Shown in pieces: positions 1 through 8,037 of a DNA stretch of 32,000 nucleotides. This DNA comes from Edaphobacter aggregans (GTDB lineage Bacteria; Acidobacteriota; Terriglobia; Terriglobales; Acidobacteriaceae). A program made the translations under genes and the position numbers. Location: NCBI RefSeq assembly GCF_003945235.1, contig NZ_RSDW01000001.1:3390001-3422000 (forward strand). Direction: 5' to 3'. The notes under the pieces are model-generated. The model ran no database searches. It was given only the letters and a program-made list of their open reading frames with translations, and was not told where the DNA came from. Within the stretch, counting starts at the first letter, position 1, and each line of letters opens with the position of its first letter.

Positions 1-1
1 C

Positions 2-724
2 GGCGAGATTGTGGGGAGCGAGCATCCGGAGCAGGTTGTGGTTTTGGGCGGGCACATCGACTCGTGGGATGTGGGGCAAGGTGCGCAGGATGATGGTTCG
101 GGCATCATGGCTACGTTTGAGGCGGTGTCGCTACTGCATAAGCTGGGGTTGAAGCCGAAGCGGACGATCCGGATTGTGTTCTGGGTGAATGAGGAGAATG
201 GTGGCGCGGGTGGACGGGCTTATCGCGAGTGGATCGGCGACAAGATCGGCAACCAGGTGGCCGCGATTGAGATGGATGGCGGTGCGGAGAAGCCGCTGGG
301 AATCGGCTATGGCGGGTTTGGCGGGCCGCGGCGGCCTGCTCCTCCGGCCCCGGGCGCTGCGGTTGCTCCGGCTGCGGGCCGTGGTGCGGGGTTCGATGTG
401 AGCTCGCTGTCTGCGGATGAGAAGCAGTCGTTTGTGTACCTGCAGGACATCGTTTCGTTGCTGGGATCGATTGGGACCGACTCGGTTTCTCCGGGCGGCG
501 GCGGGTCGGATATTGGACCGATTACGGCTGATGGTGTGCCCGCGCTGAGCCCGCATACGGTAGGCGATCACTACTTCGACTGGCACCACACGGAGGCGGA
601 TACGCTGGATAAAGTGGATCCTGATTCGTTCAAGAAGAATACAGCGATGCTGTCCGTTGTGGCCTATGTGCTGGCCGATATGGATGGCAAGTTGGCAGGG
701 CGGAAGTCTACGTTCCGCGAGTAG
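2..724 (+). CDS. M28 family metallopeptidase, C-terminal part (5' end outside window)
   Basis: The frame is open from the window edge (GEIVGSEHPEQ...). It contains M28-type metal-ligand regions VVVLGGHIDSWDVGQGAQDDGSGI and VFWVNEENGGAGGRAY. TAG stop at 722-724, followed by a strong terminator hairpin. Confidence 0.8.
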   Translation, partial: GEIVGSEHPEQVVVLGGHIDSWDVGQGAQDDGSGIMATFEAVSLLHKLGLKPKRTIRIVFWVNEENGGAGGRAYREWIGDKIGNQVAAIEMDGGAEKPLGIGYGGFGGPRRPAPPAPGAAVAPAAGRGAGFDVSSLSADEKQSFVYLQDIVSLLGSIGTDSVSPGGGGSDIGPITADGVPALSPHTVGDHYFDWHHTEADTLDKVDPDSFKKNTAMLSVVAYVLADMDGKLAGRKSTFRE

Positions 725-740
725 CTTCGCCTAAGAGAAT

Positions 741-780
741 GGCGGTTGCCTCGATGTTCGGGGCAGCCGCCTTTTTATTT
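741..780 (+). terminator. Rho-independent terminator after the M28 gene
   Basis: A 10-bp stem pairs ggcggttgcc (741-750) with ggcagccgcc (762-771), including one G-U pair. The loop is 11 nt and the stem is followed by tttttattt (772-780). Confidence 0.7.
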
Positions 781-799
781 GAGGGAGAGGCTCGTAGGC

Positions 800-1309
800 T
801 CAACGGCTATTGAGGGCTTTGCTTTCAGTGCGTCTGCGCGTGATCTCCTGCTGAAACTGCTCTGATGCGCAGTGGTTCCATGTATGAGTGATGCTGACGC
901 GATTGTCGCCGAGCACGCGGATCATGCGCCCGCCCTGCAGAGGCTCAATCGCCATTATTTCGTTGTACTGGATCGCCTTTGACGGCCGCAGCCAGAAGCG
1001 CTGCACGATTGCTGTTGGCGTCAGCACAATCGTGCCAGGTAGCTGGAACAGAATGAAGGCGATCAGAACGATCATCAGCACGAGCGCCAGCACGGGAATC
1101 GTGTGCCGTGTGACCCACATCGGATAAGCGAAGAGCGCGAAGTAGGCTGGCAGCACAATCAGGCGCCCCCACATCACCAGCGGCTTCATCCCGAAGGACA
1201 GCCCCTCGGGAGTTTCGCGTGCTGCGCCCTTTACCAAACGCCCTGCGTAAAGCAGGCCGAACAGAACGAACAACATCAACATCTGGAATGTCTTCAGATC
1301 GAGTTTCAT
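800..1309 (-). CDS. Small integral membrane protein (about 3 TM helices) with a C-terminal beta-rich, bacterial-PH-like soluble domain; function unknown
   Basis: 169-aa ORF starting 9 nt after the stop of the upstream TldE-like gene. Hydrophobic segments include FQMLMLFVLFGLLYAG, LIVLPAYFALFAYPMWV and VLALVLMIVLIAFILFQL. The tail TIVLTPTAIVQRFWLRPSKAIQYNEIMAIEP resembles bPH/YdbT-type domains, judged by eye only. Confidence 0.6.
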   Translation of the reverse strand: MKLDLKTFQMLMLFVLFGLLYAGRLVKGAARETPEGLSFGMKPLVMWGRLIVLPAYFALFAYPMWVTRHTIPVLALVLMIVLIAFILFQLPGTIVLTPTAIVQRFWLRPSKAIQYNEIMAIEPLQGGRMIRVLGDNRVSITHTWNHCASEQFQQEITRRRTESKALNSR

Positions 1310-1318
1310 CGGTCTTCC

Positions 1319-2998
1319 TTACTTTGCCAGCGGAGGTGGTGCGTAGTACGGTAGTTTTTGCTGCTCCTCGGTGGCGCGCTTCACGCCGAGGTCGTCGAAG
1401 AGAAGGCTTGGCACGATTGTAGTTTGAGGCACGACGCCCAGCGTGTTCGAAACGTAGGGATCGTTTCCGACAGCCACAATGTCCGACCGCAGGCTGCGCG
1501 TGTCGACCTCGTCGAAGGCCGCTCCGCGCACGAGTTCATGGGTGCCGTCGGCGTGTACGCGATAGAGCAAGCGCGGCGTTACTTCGTTGCCGCCCATTGT
1601 TTCGACTGCGTAGACATCGGTGCCGCGGTCTTTTGCCATCGCCAACAGCTTCTTGTTCAGTTCGGCTGCTGGAACTGCTTTGTCCGACTTGACGATCAGG
1701 ACTCCAACGCGTGAGTGTGCAGCCTGCGCGGGGGCGGCGCGACCGTGGCCGTTGGAGGCAGGGAAGTCCTTGATGGGTTCGCGGCCGATCAGGTAGTTCT
1801 CGAGTGTGCCGTTGACGACGATGTTAACCGGCTGTGCGGGCACGCCTTCGTCGTCCACTTCATAGGCTCCGAGGAGCGCCTTGCCATCGAACTTTGTTTG
1901 CAGGGGGTCGTCGGTTACGCTCAGCAACTCCGGCAGCACTCGCGATTTGTAGCTGGTGTTGAAGGCTCCTGCCGTGCGCGCTGTCGTGCCTAGTTCAGGC
2001 CTCTCTGCTTCGACGTTTGGCACGAACAAGCGAGTAAATACGTCGGACGCCGCGTCTCCGCTGAAGAGCACAGGACCGTGATAGTCCTCGGCTGGCACCA
2101 GTGGAGCGTTGCGAAGCGCTTCCAGGCTCTTCAGGTCGTCGACTACGCGTTTACGGAATGCGGAGCCGCTCTCGAGGTCCTTCGCATCCGCGGCTGTGGA
2201 GCCGTTGTCACGGGCAAGGACCATACCGTCGGCTGCCTGTCCGCCGACGCTGATCATCGCGCTGTAGCCGGTGTAGCCCTGCCGCACCGAGGTGCCCTCA
2301 GTGTTGACGAGATAGCGGTTCATCGCCAGACCGCGGACGTTCGAGGTTGAGTATTGCACGTGGTCAGCAAACCCCTTTACTTCGGGGTCGCTTGCATACA
2401 GGCCGCTGGCTTCGACGATGCGCTTCTTCCACTCGTCGCGATCGATATCCAGTTTTACGAGGGGAGTTATGTGAACTACGGGCTTGGCCGATGCGAAGTC
2501 CTGCTCCGAGCGGGTCGATTGAAAGCGCTTCAATGCAGCTTCCTTGGCCGAGTAGGCACGGAGCGCATTCTTGTACGCCTCGTCGGTCGCGCTCCACAGT
2601 GCGTAACGTAGCGCATCGGGGTTGTTGTCCGTCGGGGCGAGTTGAACCGAGCCATCGCCGCGGCCGGTGCTGGAATCCAGTTTGTAATCGCCTACGCGGA
2701 CGGTTACGCGAACGAGTCGTTGACGGCCAGCTTCCTCGCGGACGAGCGCGCCGTAGTTTGCGACGGCTTCGTAGGTGTTGATGTCGTCCATGCGGTACTC
2801 GATGAAGAAGGGCCGTTGCATGTCCTGCAGGACGAGCTGGGTTTTCTCTCGCTCGAGTTCTGCTTGCATGGCCTTTAGCATCGGGTCGTCGCTTTGGGCG
2901 GCTTTTGCAAAATTTGTAACTGTCAACGTGCTAAATAGAGCACCGGCACAAAGAATAGAAGAGACTGCAGATTTCATATGTGATCTTTTCAGGAACAT
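1319..2998 (-). CDS. TldE/PmbA-like protein (non-catalytic partner of the TldD/PmbA metallopeptidase family) with predicted signal peptide
   Basis: The long ORF has TldD/PmbA-family length and C-terminal Gly-rich beta region (NGHGRAAPAQAAHSRVGVLIVKS). It lacks HExxxH; the aligned segment is FTRLFVPNVEAER. I trimmed the track ORF (start 3145) to the ATG at 2998, one nt after the upstream stop. This gives the N-terminus MFLKRSHMKSAVSSILCAGALFSTLTVTNFAKAAQ. The ATG at 2977 is an alternative start. Confidence 0.8.
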   Translation of the reverse strand: MFLKRSHMKSAVSSILCAGALFSTLTVTNFAKAAQSDDPMLKAMQAELEREKTQLVLQDMQRPFFIEYRMDDINTYEAVANYGALVREEAGRQRLVRVTVRVGDYKLDSSTGRGDGSVQLAPTDNNPDALRYALWSATDEAYKNALRAYSAKEAALKRFQSTRSEQDFASAKPVVHITPLVKLDIDRDEWKKRIVEASGLYASDPEVKGFADHVQYSTSNVRGLAMNRYLVNTEGTSVRQGYTGYSAMISVGGQAADGMVLARDNGSTAADAKDLESGSAFRKRVVDDLKSLEALRNAPLVPAEDYHGPVLFSGDAASDVFTRLFVPNVEAERPELGTTARTAGAFNTSYKSRVLPELLSVTDDPLQTKFDGKALLGAYEVDDEGVPAQPVNIVVNGTLENYLIGREPIKDFPASNGHGRAAPAQAAHSRVGVLIVKSDKAVPAAELNKKLLAMAKDRGTDVYAVETMGGNEVTPRLLYRVHADGTHELVRGAAFDEVDTRSLRSDIVAVGNDPYVSNTLGVVPQTTIVPSLLFDDLGVKRATEEQQKLPYYAPPPLAK

Positions 2999-2999
2999 G

Positions 3000-4751
3000 T
3001 TAGTTGCCCCCCTTTCCGTCGGTGATCGGAGGAGGAGGCAGAATTGGCGGTCTCGCTGTTCCTTGCGACTGCCGCTGGGTTTCGATCTCGCTGACCAGCA
3101 TGGCCGGGGCGACAGCGCTGACCGGAATGCTACCGGATTCGGCACCGCAGATTCCGTTGAAGATGTCTTGCTTGTCGCCGGTTGCGACGATGCGGTTCAG
3201 AGCGGCTTGCGGGGTGCCGACGATGCTTACGCCGCGGACGAGCTCATCCGGGCGGCCATCGACGTAGACGCGATAGACGACCAGCGGGATGACCTGGAAG
3301 GCTTGTGGCGAGCGGCGGGTGGTTACAGCGAAGCCTGAGGAGATGTCCTCGAAGTAGAGGCCGTACGGTTTGCCCTGCTTCTTTGCTTCGTCGATCAGCA
3401 TCTGGCGCAGGTCCTTCTCGCTCACTGCCTTCGACGAGGTGACGATCAGGTTGCCCTGGCGGCCGGTTGGCATGCGGCCGGTTTCGGCGCGGCCGTGTCC
3501 GTTGCTAGTGGAGAAGCTGGCGATGGGCAGCCGCGACATGAGGAAGGTCTCGAGGACGCCGTCCTTGATCAGGTCGACGCGACGTGCCTGCTGGCCCTCG
3601 TCGTCGTAGAAGTAGTGGCCGCTCAGAGGGGTTCCGTTGAAGCTCTCCTTTGTCGGGTCGTCGGCGACGCTCAGGAAGCTCGGCAGGATGGGCTTGCCCA
3701 GCAGTTTGGTGAAGGTCTGGCCTTCTTCGTCGCCGCGCTGGCGCTGGCCTTCCAGACGATGGCCGAGGACTTCGTGGAAGAAGACGGCTGATGCACGTCC
3801 GCTCAGGATGGCGGGGCCGTTGAATGGCTCGGTTACGGGGGCTTCGCGCAGGGCTACGAGGTTCTTGGCCATGGCGATGGTCTTGTCGGTGAGGGTCTTC
3901 TGGTCGGGGAGGTGGGCCACGTCTTCGGCTTCGAAGGTTTCGACGCGAAAGAGGTCCATGCCGTCGGCGGCGCGGGTGCGTCCCATGACAATAAGGCGGG
4001 CTGTACGGTTCGGCGTTGTTACCCGAGCGCCCTCGGAGGAGACGAAGTAATCCGTCTCGGTCGAAGCCTGCAGAACCACCATGCTGTAGATGACGTCGGG
4101 AAACTGTTTGAACGCGCCAGAGAGATCGCGCAGCCTCGTCTCCCATGCTGTCTGGTCGACTACCAGGGTGGGGGCTGGCGGTAGCACATCCGTCTTCGGC
4201 TGCTCGGCTGAGAAATCTGCCGAGGCGTCTTCTTCCTTGGCCCTTACCTGCTGCTCGGTCTTCACCTTCAGGAAGGCGTCGAGCGCCTTGGCGTAGCCGC
4301 GATTGGTGGCGAACCAGAGGCTGCGCTCAATGGCGGCGCGGTCGTCGGTTAAGGGCAGCGGGAGGGTCGTCAGGGCGCTGTTGCGATGGTCGCCGTGGGT
4401 GTTGTCCTGTCCGGGGGCGCCCAGCCGCACCTGCACATCGGCGACGCGGCGGCGGCTGTCGTTCTTGTTCGTCAGTGCACCGTATTGGGCGGTCATTGTG
4501 ACGCTCTCGTTGTCGGCCACGGCGTAGCTGAGGAAGTAGGGCTTGGGCTGCTGGGTAGCGTCGGCGCTGCCCAGCGAGTTCATTGCGCGGTGCAGCTCTG
4601 TCTCGAGCGATGCGATCAGCACGTTGGCTGACTGGGGCGCGACCTGCGCCTTCGGTGCCGCAGCCAGGGCCATCCGGGTAGAGGAGACGCTCCCCGTTAT
4701 CACCAGCCCGGCCAAGGCTGCCGCGCCAACTGCCACTGTATGTCTTTTCAT
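3000..4751 (-). CDS. TldD-like zinc metallopeptidase (TldD/PmbA family) with predicted signal peptide
   Basis: HExxxH motif in AVFFHEVLGHRLEGQRQRGDEEGQTF, plus the family C-terminal region SNGHGRAETGRMPTGRQGNLIVTSS. I trimmed the track ORF (start 4952) to the ATG at 4751, giving MKRHTVAVGAAALAGLVITGSVSSTRMALAAAPKA. The longer version would overlap the divergent neighbouring gene. Confidence 0.85.
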   Translation of the reverse strand: MKRHTVAVGAAALAGLVITGSVSSTRMALAAAPKAQVAPQSANVLIASLETELHRAMNSLGSADATQQPKPYFLSYAVADNESVTMTAQYGALTNKNDSRRRVADVQVRLGAPGQDNTHGDHRNSALTTLPLPLTDDRAAIERSLWFATNRGYAKALDAFLKVKTEQQVRAKEEDASADFSAEQPKTDVLPPAPTLVVDQTAWETRLRDLSGAFKQFPDVIYSMVVLQASTETDYFVSSEGARVTTPNRTARLIVMGRTRAADGMDLFRVETFEAEDVAHLPDQKTLTDKTIAMAKNLVALREAPVTEPFNGPAILSGRASAVFFHEVLGHRLEGQRQRGDEEGQTFTKLLGKPILPSFLSVADDPTKESFNGTPLSGHYFYDDEGQQARRVDLIKDGVLETFLMSRLPIASFSTSNGHGRAETGRMPTGRQGNLIVTSSKAVSEKDLRQMLIDEAKKQGKPYGLYFEDISSGFAVTTRRSPQAFQVIPLVVYRVYVDGRPDELVRGVSIVGTPQAALNRIVATGDKQDIFNGICGAESGSIPVSAVAPAMLVSEIETQRQSQGTARPPILPPPPITDGKGGN

Positions 4752-5027
4752 GGGAAAGGAAACTCGTTTCGCCTGCAAAATTTCAACTGAAGCCGAGTGT
4801 ATCGGAAGTGCCTCCGATTCGCTGCGGTTGATCGGTTCCGGTTGCAGGATGGTGTTTCTGAAGCTGTTACTTGGACGAATCCATTTCGCTTTTGGCTTCG
4901 AACCATGCCGCGGAGTCGTGGCAAATACCACTTTCCGGCAACTCAGTGCCACTTCCGGCTGGCGTTCGATGGCGATTTCAGCTTCACCGTGGACAAGCTC
5001 CTCCTATACGGTATAAAGGAGACTCCT

Positions 5028-6110
5028 GTGAGATTTCAGACGACAGAGACAGTTCAGACCCCTGACTCCGAGATAGTCCTTCGCGCGCTCGAGACGACCC
5101 TGCCAGAGATATCGAGCGAGGTGGTTCGCGATGGTGACCAGATCATCCTGCGCGGCCTTGGGCCATCGCCTCGTACGAGGAATCCCCGCGATATCACTGT
5201 CCTTCACATCAGTTCGCACCAGGAGACGACAGTCATCCATGCCGATGTCAACTTTCAGGCATCGGCGCTTCTGGGCGCGACATCGCAGGACTCCGTTGTT
5301 CGGTCGAAGCTCGACTATGTCTTCGATCAGGTAAGGTCGCAGCTTAGCCTTGAGACGCGGCGTGATCCTGTATCCGAATTAGTTCCGCATTCCGCTACGT
5401 TCGCGCCGGCAATTGCGCCTTTCGTTGCGGAGCCTGCGCTTCATTCAGAGACGGAGCCCGTTGAGCGGTCCAGGTGGGAGTTCAGGGCCGAATCTGAACA
5501 AACGGTGTCGCCTGCCGAGTCGCCCGTGTTGCCGGCGGAGCGGCCATTTGTCCCGCTGTTCACGCGATATGAACCGATACGAGTCGAGCCTGCTGTTGAG
5601 CCTGTCGTAGAACCTGCCGTTGAACCTTTCGTGGAGTTGGTCGCGGAGGAGGTCGTTGCGGCTCCGGAATCGCCCGGCCCAGCGCCTGCCGTTGAGAGTG
5701 AGCCCGTTGATCTTGCCGTGCCTGCCGAGGTTGAACTCGTTGCGCCGGCGCCGGTCGTTGAGAAGGTTGCAGCGGCTCCTGTGTCTCCGGTCGAGACGGC
5801 TGTCGCCGCCTCGGTTGAACCCGCTAAGCCCCGGCCCGAACATCCCACACTTCAGTTCAGCAGCTCGCAAAAGGCCCAGCGAACGCATGTGCCTGCGCTG
5901 ATCGCTGCTATCGTCGCGCTTCTCCTGCTCTTTGCGGTTGCGGCTTACTATCTACTTCGGCCGAATCCTCCGGATCCTTCGCCGACCTCGCTGCCGGTCA
6001 AGACCCAGCCCGTCAAGCAGGGTGCGGTATTTCTAAGCTCTACCTCTGGCACAGGGCTCTCACTCAACGGCTTCGTTGCAGATCCCGCGCAATTCTTTCA
6101 GTTGGCTTGA
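5028..6110 (+). CDS. Hypothetical tail-anchored protein: N-terminal globular domain, acidic Pro/Glu/Val-rich repeat linker, single C-terminal TM helix
   Basis: The ORF frame is open from 4797. A GTG at 5028 lies 6 nt after a perfect AAGGAG (5017-5022). The linker reads EPAVEPVVEPAVEPFVELVAEEVVAAPESPGPAPAVESEPV. The TM segment is VPALIAAIVALLLLFAVAAYYLL, near the C-terminus. I recognised no family, and the start is uncertain. Confidence 0.55.
   Translation: MRFQTTETVQTPDSEIVLRALETTLPEISSEVVRDGDQIILRGLGPSPRTRNPRDITVLHISSHQETTVIHADVNFQASALLGATSQDSVVRSKLDYVFDQVRSQLSLETRRDPVSELVPHSATFAPAIAPFVAEPALHSETEPVERSRWEFRAESEQTVSPAESPVLPAERPFVPLFTRYEPIRVEPAVEPVVEPAVEPFVELVAEEVVAAPESPGPAPAVESEPVDLAVPAEVELVAPAPVVEKVAAAPVSPVETAVAASVEPAKPRPEHPTLQFSSSQKAQRTHVPALIAAIVALLLLFAVAAYYLLRPNPPDPSPTSLPVKTQPVKQGAVFLSSTSGTGLSLNGFVADPAQFFQLA
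5586..5633 (+). repeat. Four codon-aligned 12-nt tandem units (GAGCCTGCTGTT-like) encoding EPAV-EPVV-EPAV-EPFV
   Basis: The units are read directly at 5586-5597, 5598-5609, 5610-5621 and 5622-5633, in frame with the 5028 CDS. Confidence 0.8.
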
Positions 6111-6245
6111 TCAGTCAAACGTTTCACTAAATTCGTTGATAACGAAGCCTATCCATATTGGCTCGACCTCTCGATTGACCTCGAATAACTCTTTACGTCG
6201 GGTCTCCGATCATGCACACTGGCTCAACTTCAGGAGCAACTTCGT

Positions 6246-7571
6246 ATGAAACTCCGTCTGCTACTTATCTTTCTTGTCGCCTTTGTTTTTGGCTTCGCCA
6301 TGCCGATGTTGCACGCTCAGACGCCGGTTGAGAGTTCTCCTCAGGGACAAGCTCAGACGCAGACGCCACAGTCGAAGCCTGCCTACTCGCTTCCACCTGA
6401 GAAGCTCGAGAAGGCCATTGCTTACTCGCGCATTCGCGTGATCCTCGACTTCGTCGACAGCGGTTGGGGCATTCTGCAACTCATCCTCTTGCTCGCTCTT
6501 GGGATCGCGGCCCGCATGCGCAACTTCGCCGTGAATGTCAGCAAGAACCGCTGGATTCAGGGCTTTCTCTTCACCTTTCTTTTTCTGGTTGTCACCACGC
6601 TGCTGGGCCTGCCGTTGGACATGTACGGCCACCATGTCTCCATGGTCTATGGGCAATCGGTGCAAGGCTGGGGAAGCTGGTTCTGGGATCAGACGAAGGG
6701 CTTTCTGCTCGGATTTGTCTTCGGCGGTCTCTTTGTGATGCTGCTGTTCTGGGTCATCCGCAAGTCGCCTACGCGCTGGTGGTTCTGGTTCTGGATTCCG
6801 GCCATGATGGCTGTGCTCTTCGGCGTTTTTATATCGCCCGTGCTGATCGATCCGCTCTTCAACAAATTTGAGCCGCTGGCGAAGTCCAACCCGGCGCTGG
6901 TGGATCGTCTTGAACAGGTTGTGCAGCGTGGCGGCATCCATATCCCGCCTGATCGCATGTATCTGATGAAGGCCAGCGAGAAGGTCACGACCCTCAATGC
7001 GTACGTCACCGGTTACGGTGCGTCGAAGCGGGTAGTGGTGTGGGATAACTCCATCGCCAAGGCTACGCCGGACCAGATATCGTTCATCTTCGGCCACGAG
7101 ATGGGACACTATGTTCTGAACCACATTCCGTCGACGCTGGCCTTTCTTGGTGTTCTTCTACTGATCGAGTTCTACCTTGGCTATCGTGGCGTCCAGTGGC
7201 TGATCCGCCGCTATGGGGACAAGTGGCGCGTGCCCTCGCAGAATGATTGGGCGGCGTTGGTGGTCTTCATGCTGGTTTTGTCGGTGCTGTCGTTCTTCAG
7301 CGAACCCATCGTCAACGGCTTTAGCCGCATCCACGAGCACGCGGCCGATGTTTATGGCCAGGAGGCTATCCATGGCATCGTGGCCGATCCGCAAGCTACG
7401 GCGCAGCAGTCCTTCCAACTGCTCGGCGAGATGTCGCTGACTGACCCTAACCCCAGTCCTTTTGTCGAGTTCTGGACCTTCAGCCACCCTTCGGTGTCGA
7501 GTCGAGCGGCCTTCGCGGCAGCGTACAACCCCTGGGCTCCGGGTCAGCATCCGAGGTACTTCAGTAAGTGA
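6246..7571 (+). CDS. M48 family (Ste24/HtpX-like) integral-membrane zinc metallopeptidase
   Basis: HExxH in ISFIFGHEMGHYVLNH with a downstream EHAADVYG. Several TM segments lie before the catalytic domain. AGGAG sits about 9 nt upstream of the ATG at 6246. Confidence 0.85.
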   Translation: MKLRLLLIFLVAFVFGFAMPMLHAQTPVESSPQGQAQTQTPQSKPAYSLPPEKLEKAIAYSRIRVILDFVDSGWGILQLILLLALGIAARMRNFAVNVSKNRWIQGFLFTFLFLVVTTLLGLPLDMYGHHVSMVYGQSVQGWGSWFWDQTKGFLLGFVFGGLFVMLLFWVIRKSPTRWWFWFWIPAMMAVLFGVFISPVLIDPLFNKFEPLAKSNPALVDRLEQVVQRGGIHIPPDRMYLMKASEKVTTLNAYVTGYGASKRVVVWDNSIAKATPDQISFIFGHEMGHYVLNHIPSTLAFLGVLLLIEFYLGYRGVQWLIRRYGDKWRVPSQNDWAALVVFMLVLSVLSFFSEPIVNGFSRIHEHAADVYGQEAIHGIVADPQATAQQSFQLLGEMSLTDPNPSPFVEFWTFSHPSVSSRAAFAAAYNPWAPGQHPRYFSK

Positions 7572-7576
7572 ACTTT

Positions 7577-7921
7577 ATGCCAACTGATTGCTTGTTCTGC
7601 AAGATTGTTGAAGGTACTATTCCTGCCAATCGTGTCTATGAAGATGAGTGGTGCATCGGCTTCCCGGATATCAATCCGCAAGCCCCTACGCATCTGCTCC
7701 TCATTCCCAAACAGCACATCGCGTCCCAGGCGAAGGCGCTTGCCGAGCACAAGCCTCTGTTGGGCCATCTGATGGCCACGGCGGCCGATCTAGCTCGCGC
7801 ACAGGGGCTGGACAAGGGCTACCGCGTTGTCGTCAACACGGGCGACGAAGGCGGCCAGACGGTCCATCACCTGCATCTGCACCTGCTCGGGGGACGGGCT
7901 ATGCGCTGGCCTCCCGGTTGA
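7577..7921 (+). CDS. HIT family (histidine triad nucleotide-binding, HinT-like) protein
   Basis: CLFCKIVEGTIPA N-terminus and histidine triad GGQTVHHLHLHLLGG. The ATG at 7577 lies 5 nt after the M48 stop (7569-7571). The track start at 7568 is a GTG that overlaps the upstream stop codon (7569-7571). Confidence 0.85.
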   Translation: MPTDCLFCKIVEGTIPANRVYEDEWCIGFPDINPQAPTHLLLIPKQHIASQAKALAEHKPLLGHLMATAADLARAQGLDKGYRVVVNTGDEGGQTVHHLHLHLLGGRAMRWPPG

Positions 7922-7944
7922 GTCCCCCAGCCACGACATCACGC

Positions 7945-7984
7945 AAAAAAGGCCCGCGGAGAAGATTTCTCTACGAGCCTTTTG
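7945..7984. terminator. Bidirectional terminator-like hairpin between the convergent HIT and REC-like genes
   Basis: An A6 run (7945-7950) precedes the stem ggcccgcggagaa (7951-7963), which pairs with ttctctacgagcc (7967-7979). The pairing is 11/13, including one G-U. A TTTT run follows (7980-7983). Confidence 0.5.
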
Positions 7985-8037
7985 CCATCGTGAAACCGCG
8001 GTTGCCAGCTGTGAAACCACAGGCTGACCAGCGAAAT

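Noticed and set aside
2999-3145. N-terminal 49-aa extension of the TldE-like ORF (track start 3145)
   Set aside because: The extension would overlap the end of the upstream TldD-like gene by about 146 nt and reads as Arg/Ser/Pro-rich filler. The ATG at 2998 immediately follows the upstream stop and exposes a signal peptide.
4752-4952. N-terminal 67-aa extension of the TldD-like ORF (track start 4952)
   Set aside because: The extension has no protein-like features and would run through the divergent promoter region. The ATG at 4751 yields a canonical signal peptide.
4797-5027. Upstream 77 codons of the PEV-repeat ORF (GTG at 4797)
   Set aside because: There is no ribosome-binding site at 4797, and the start would lie only 46 nt from the divergent gene start. 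The GTG at 5028 has a perfect AAGGAG. This is uncertain: the ATG at 4905 cannot be excluded.
6261-7124. 287-aa ORF antisense to the M48 peptidase gene
   Set aside because: The sense strand carries HEMGH and TM helices. The antisense product is Arg/Glu/His-rich low-complexity sequence typical of GC-rich shadow frames.
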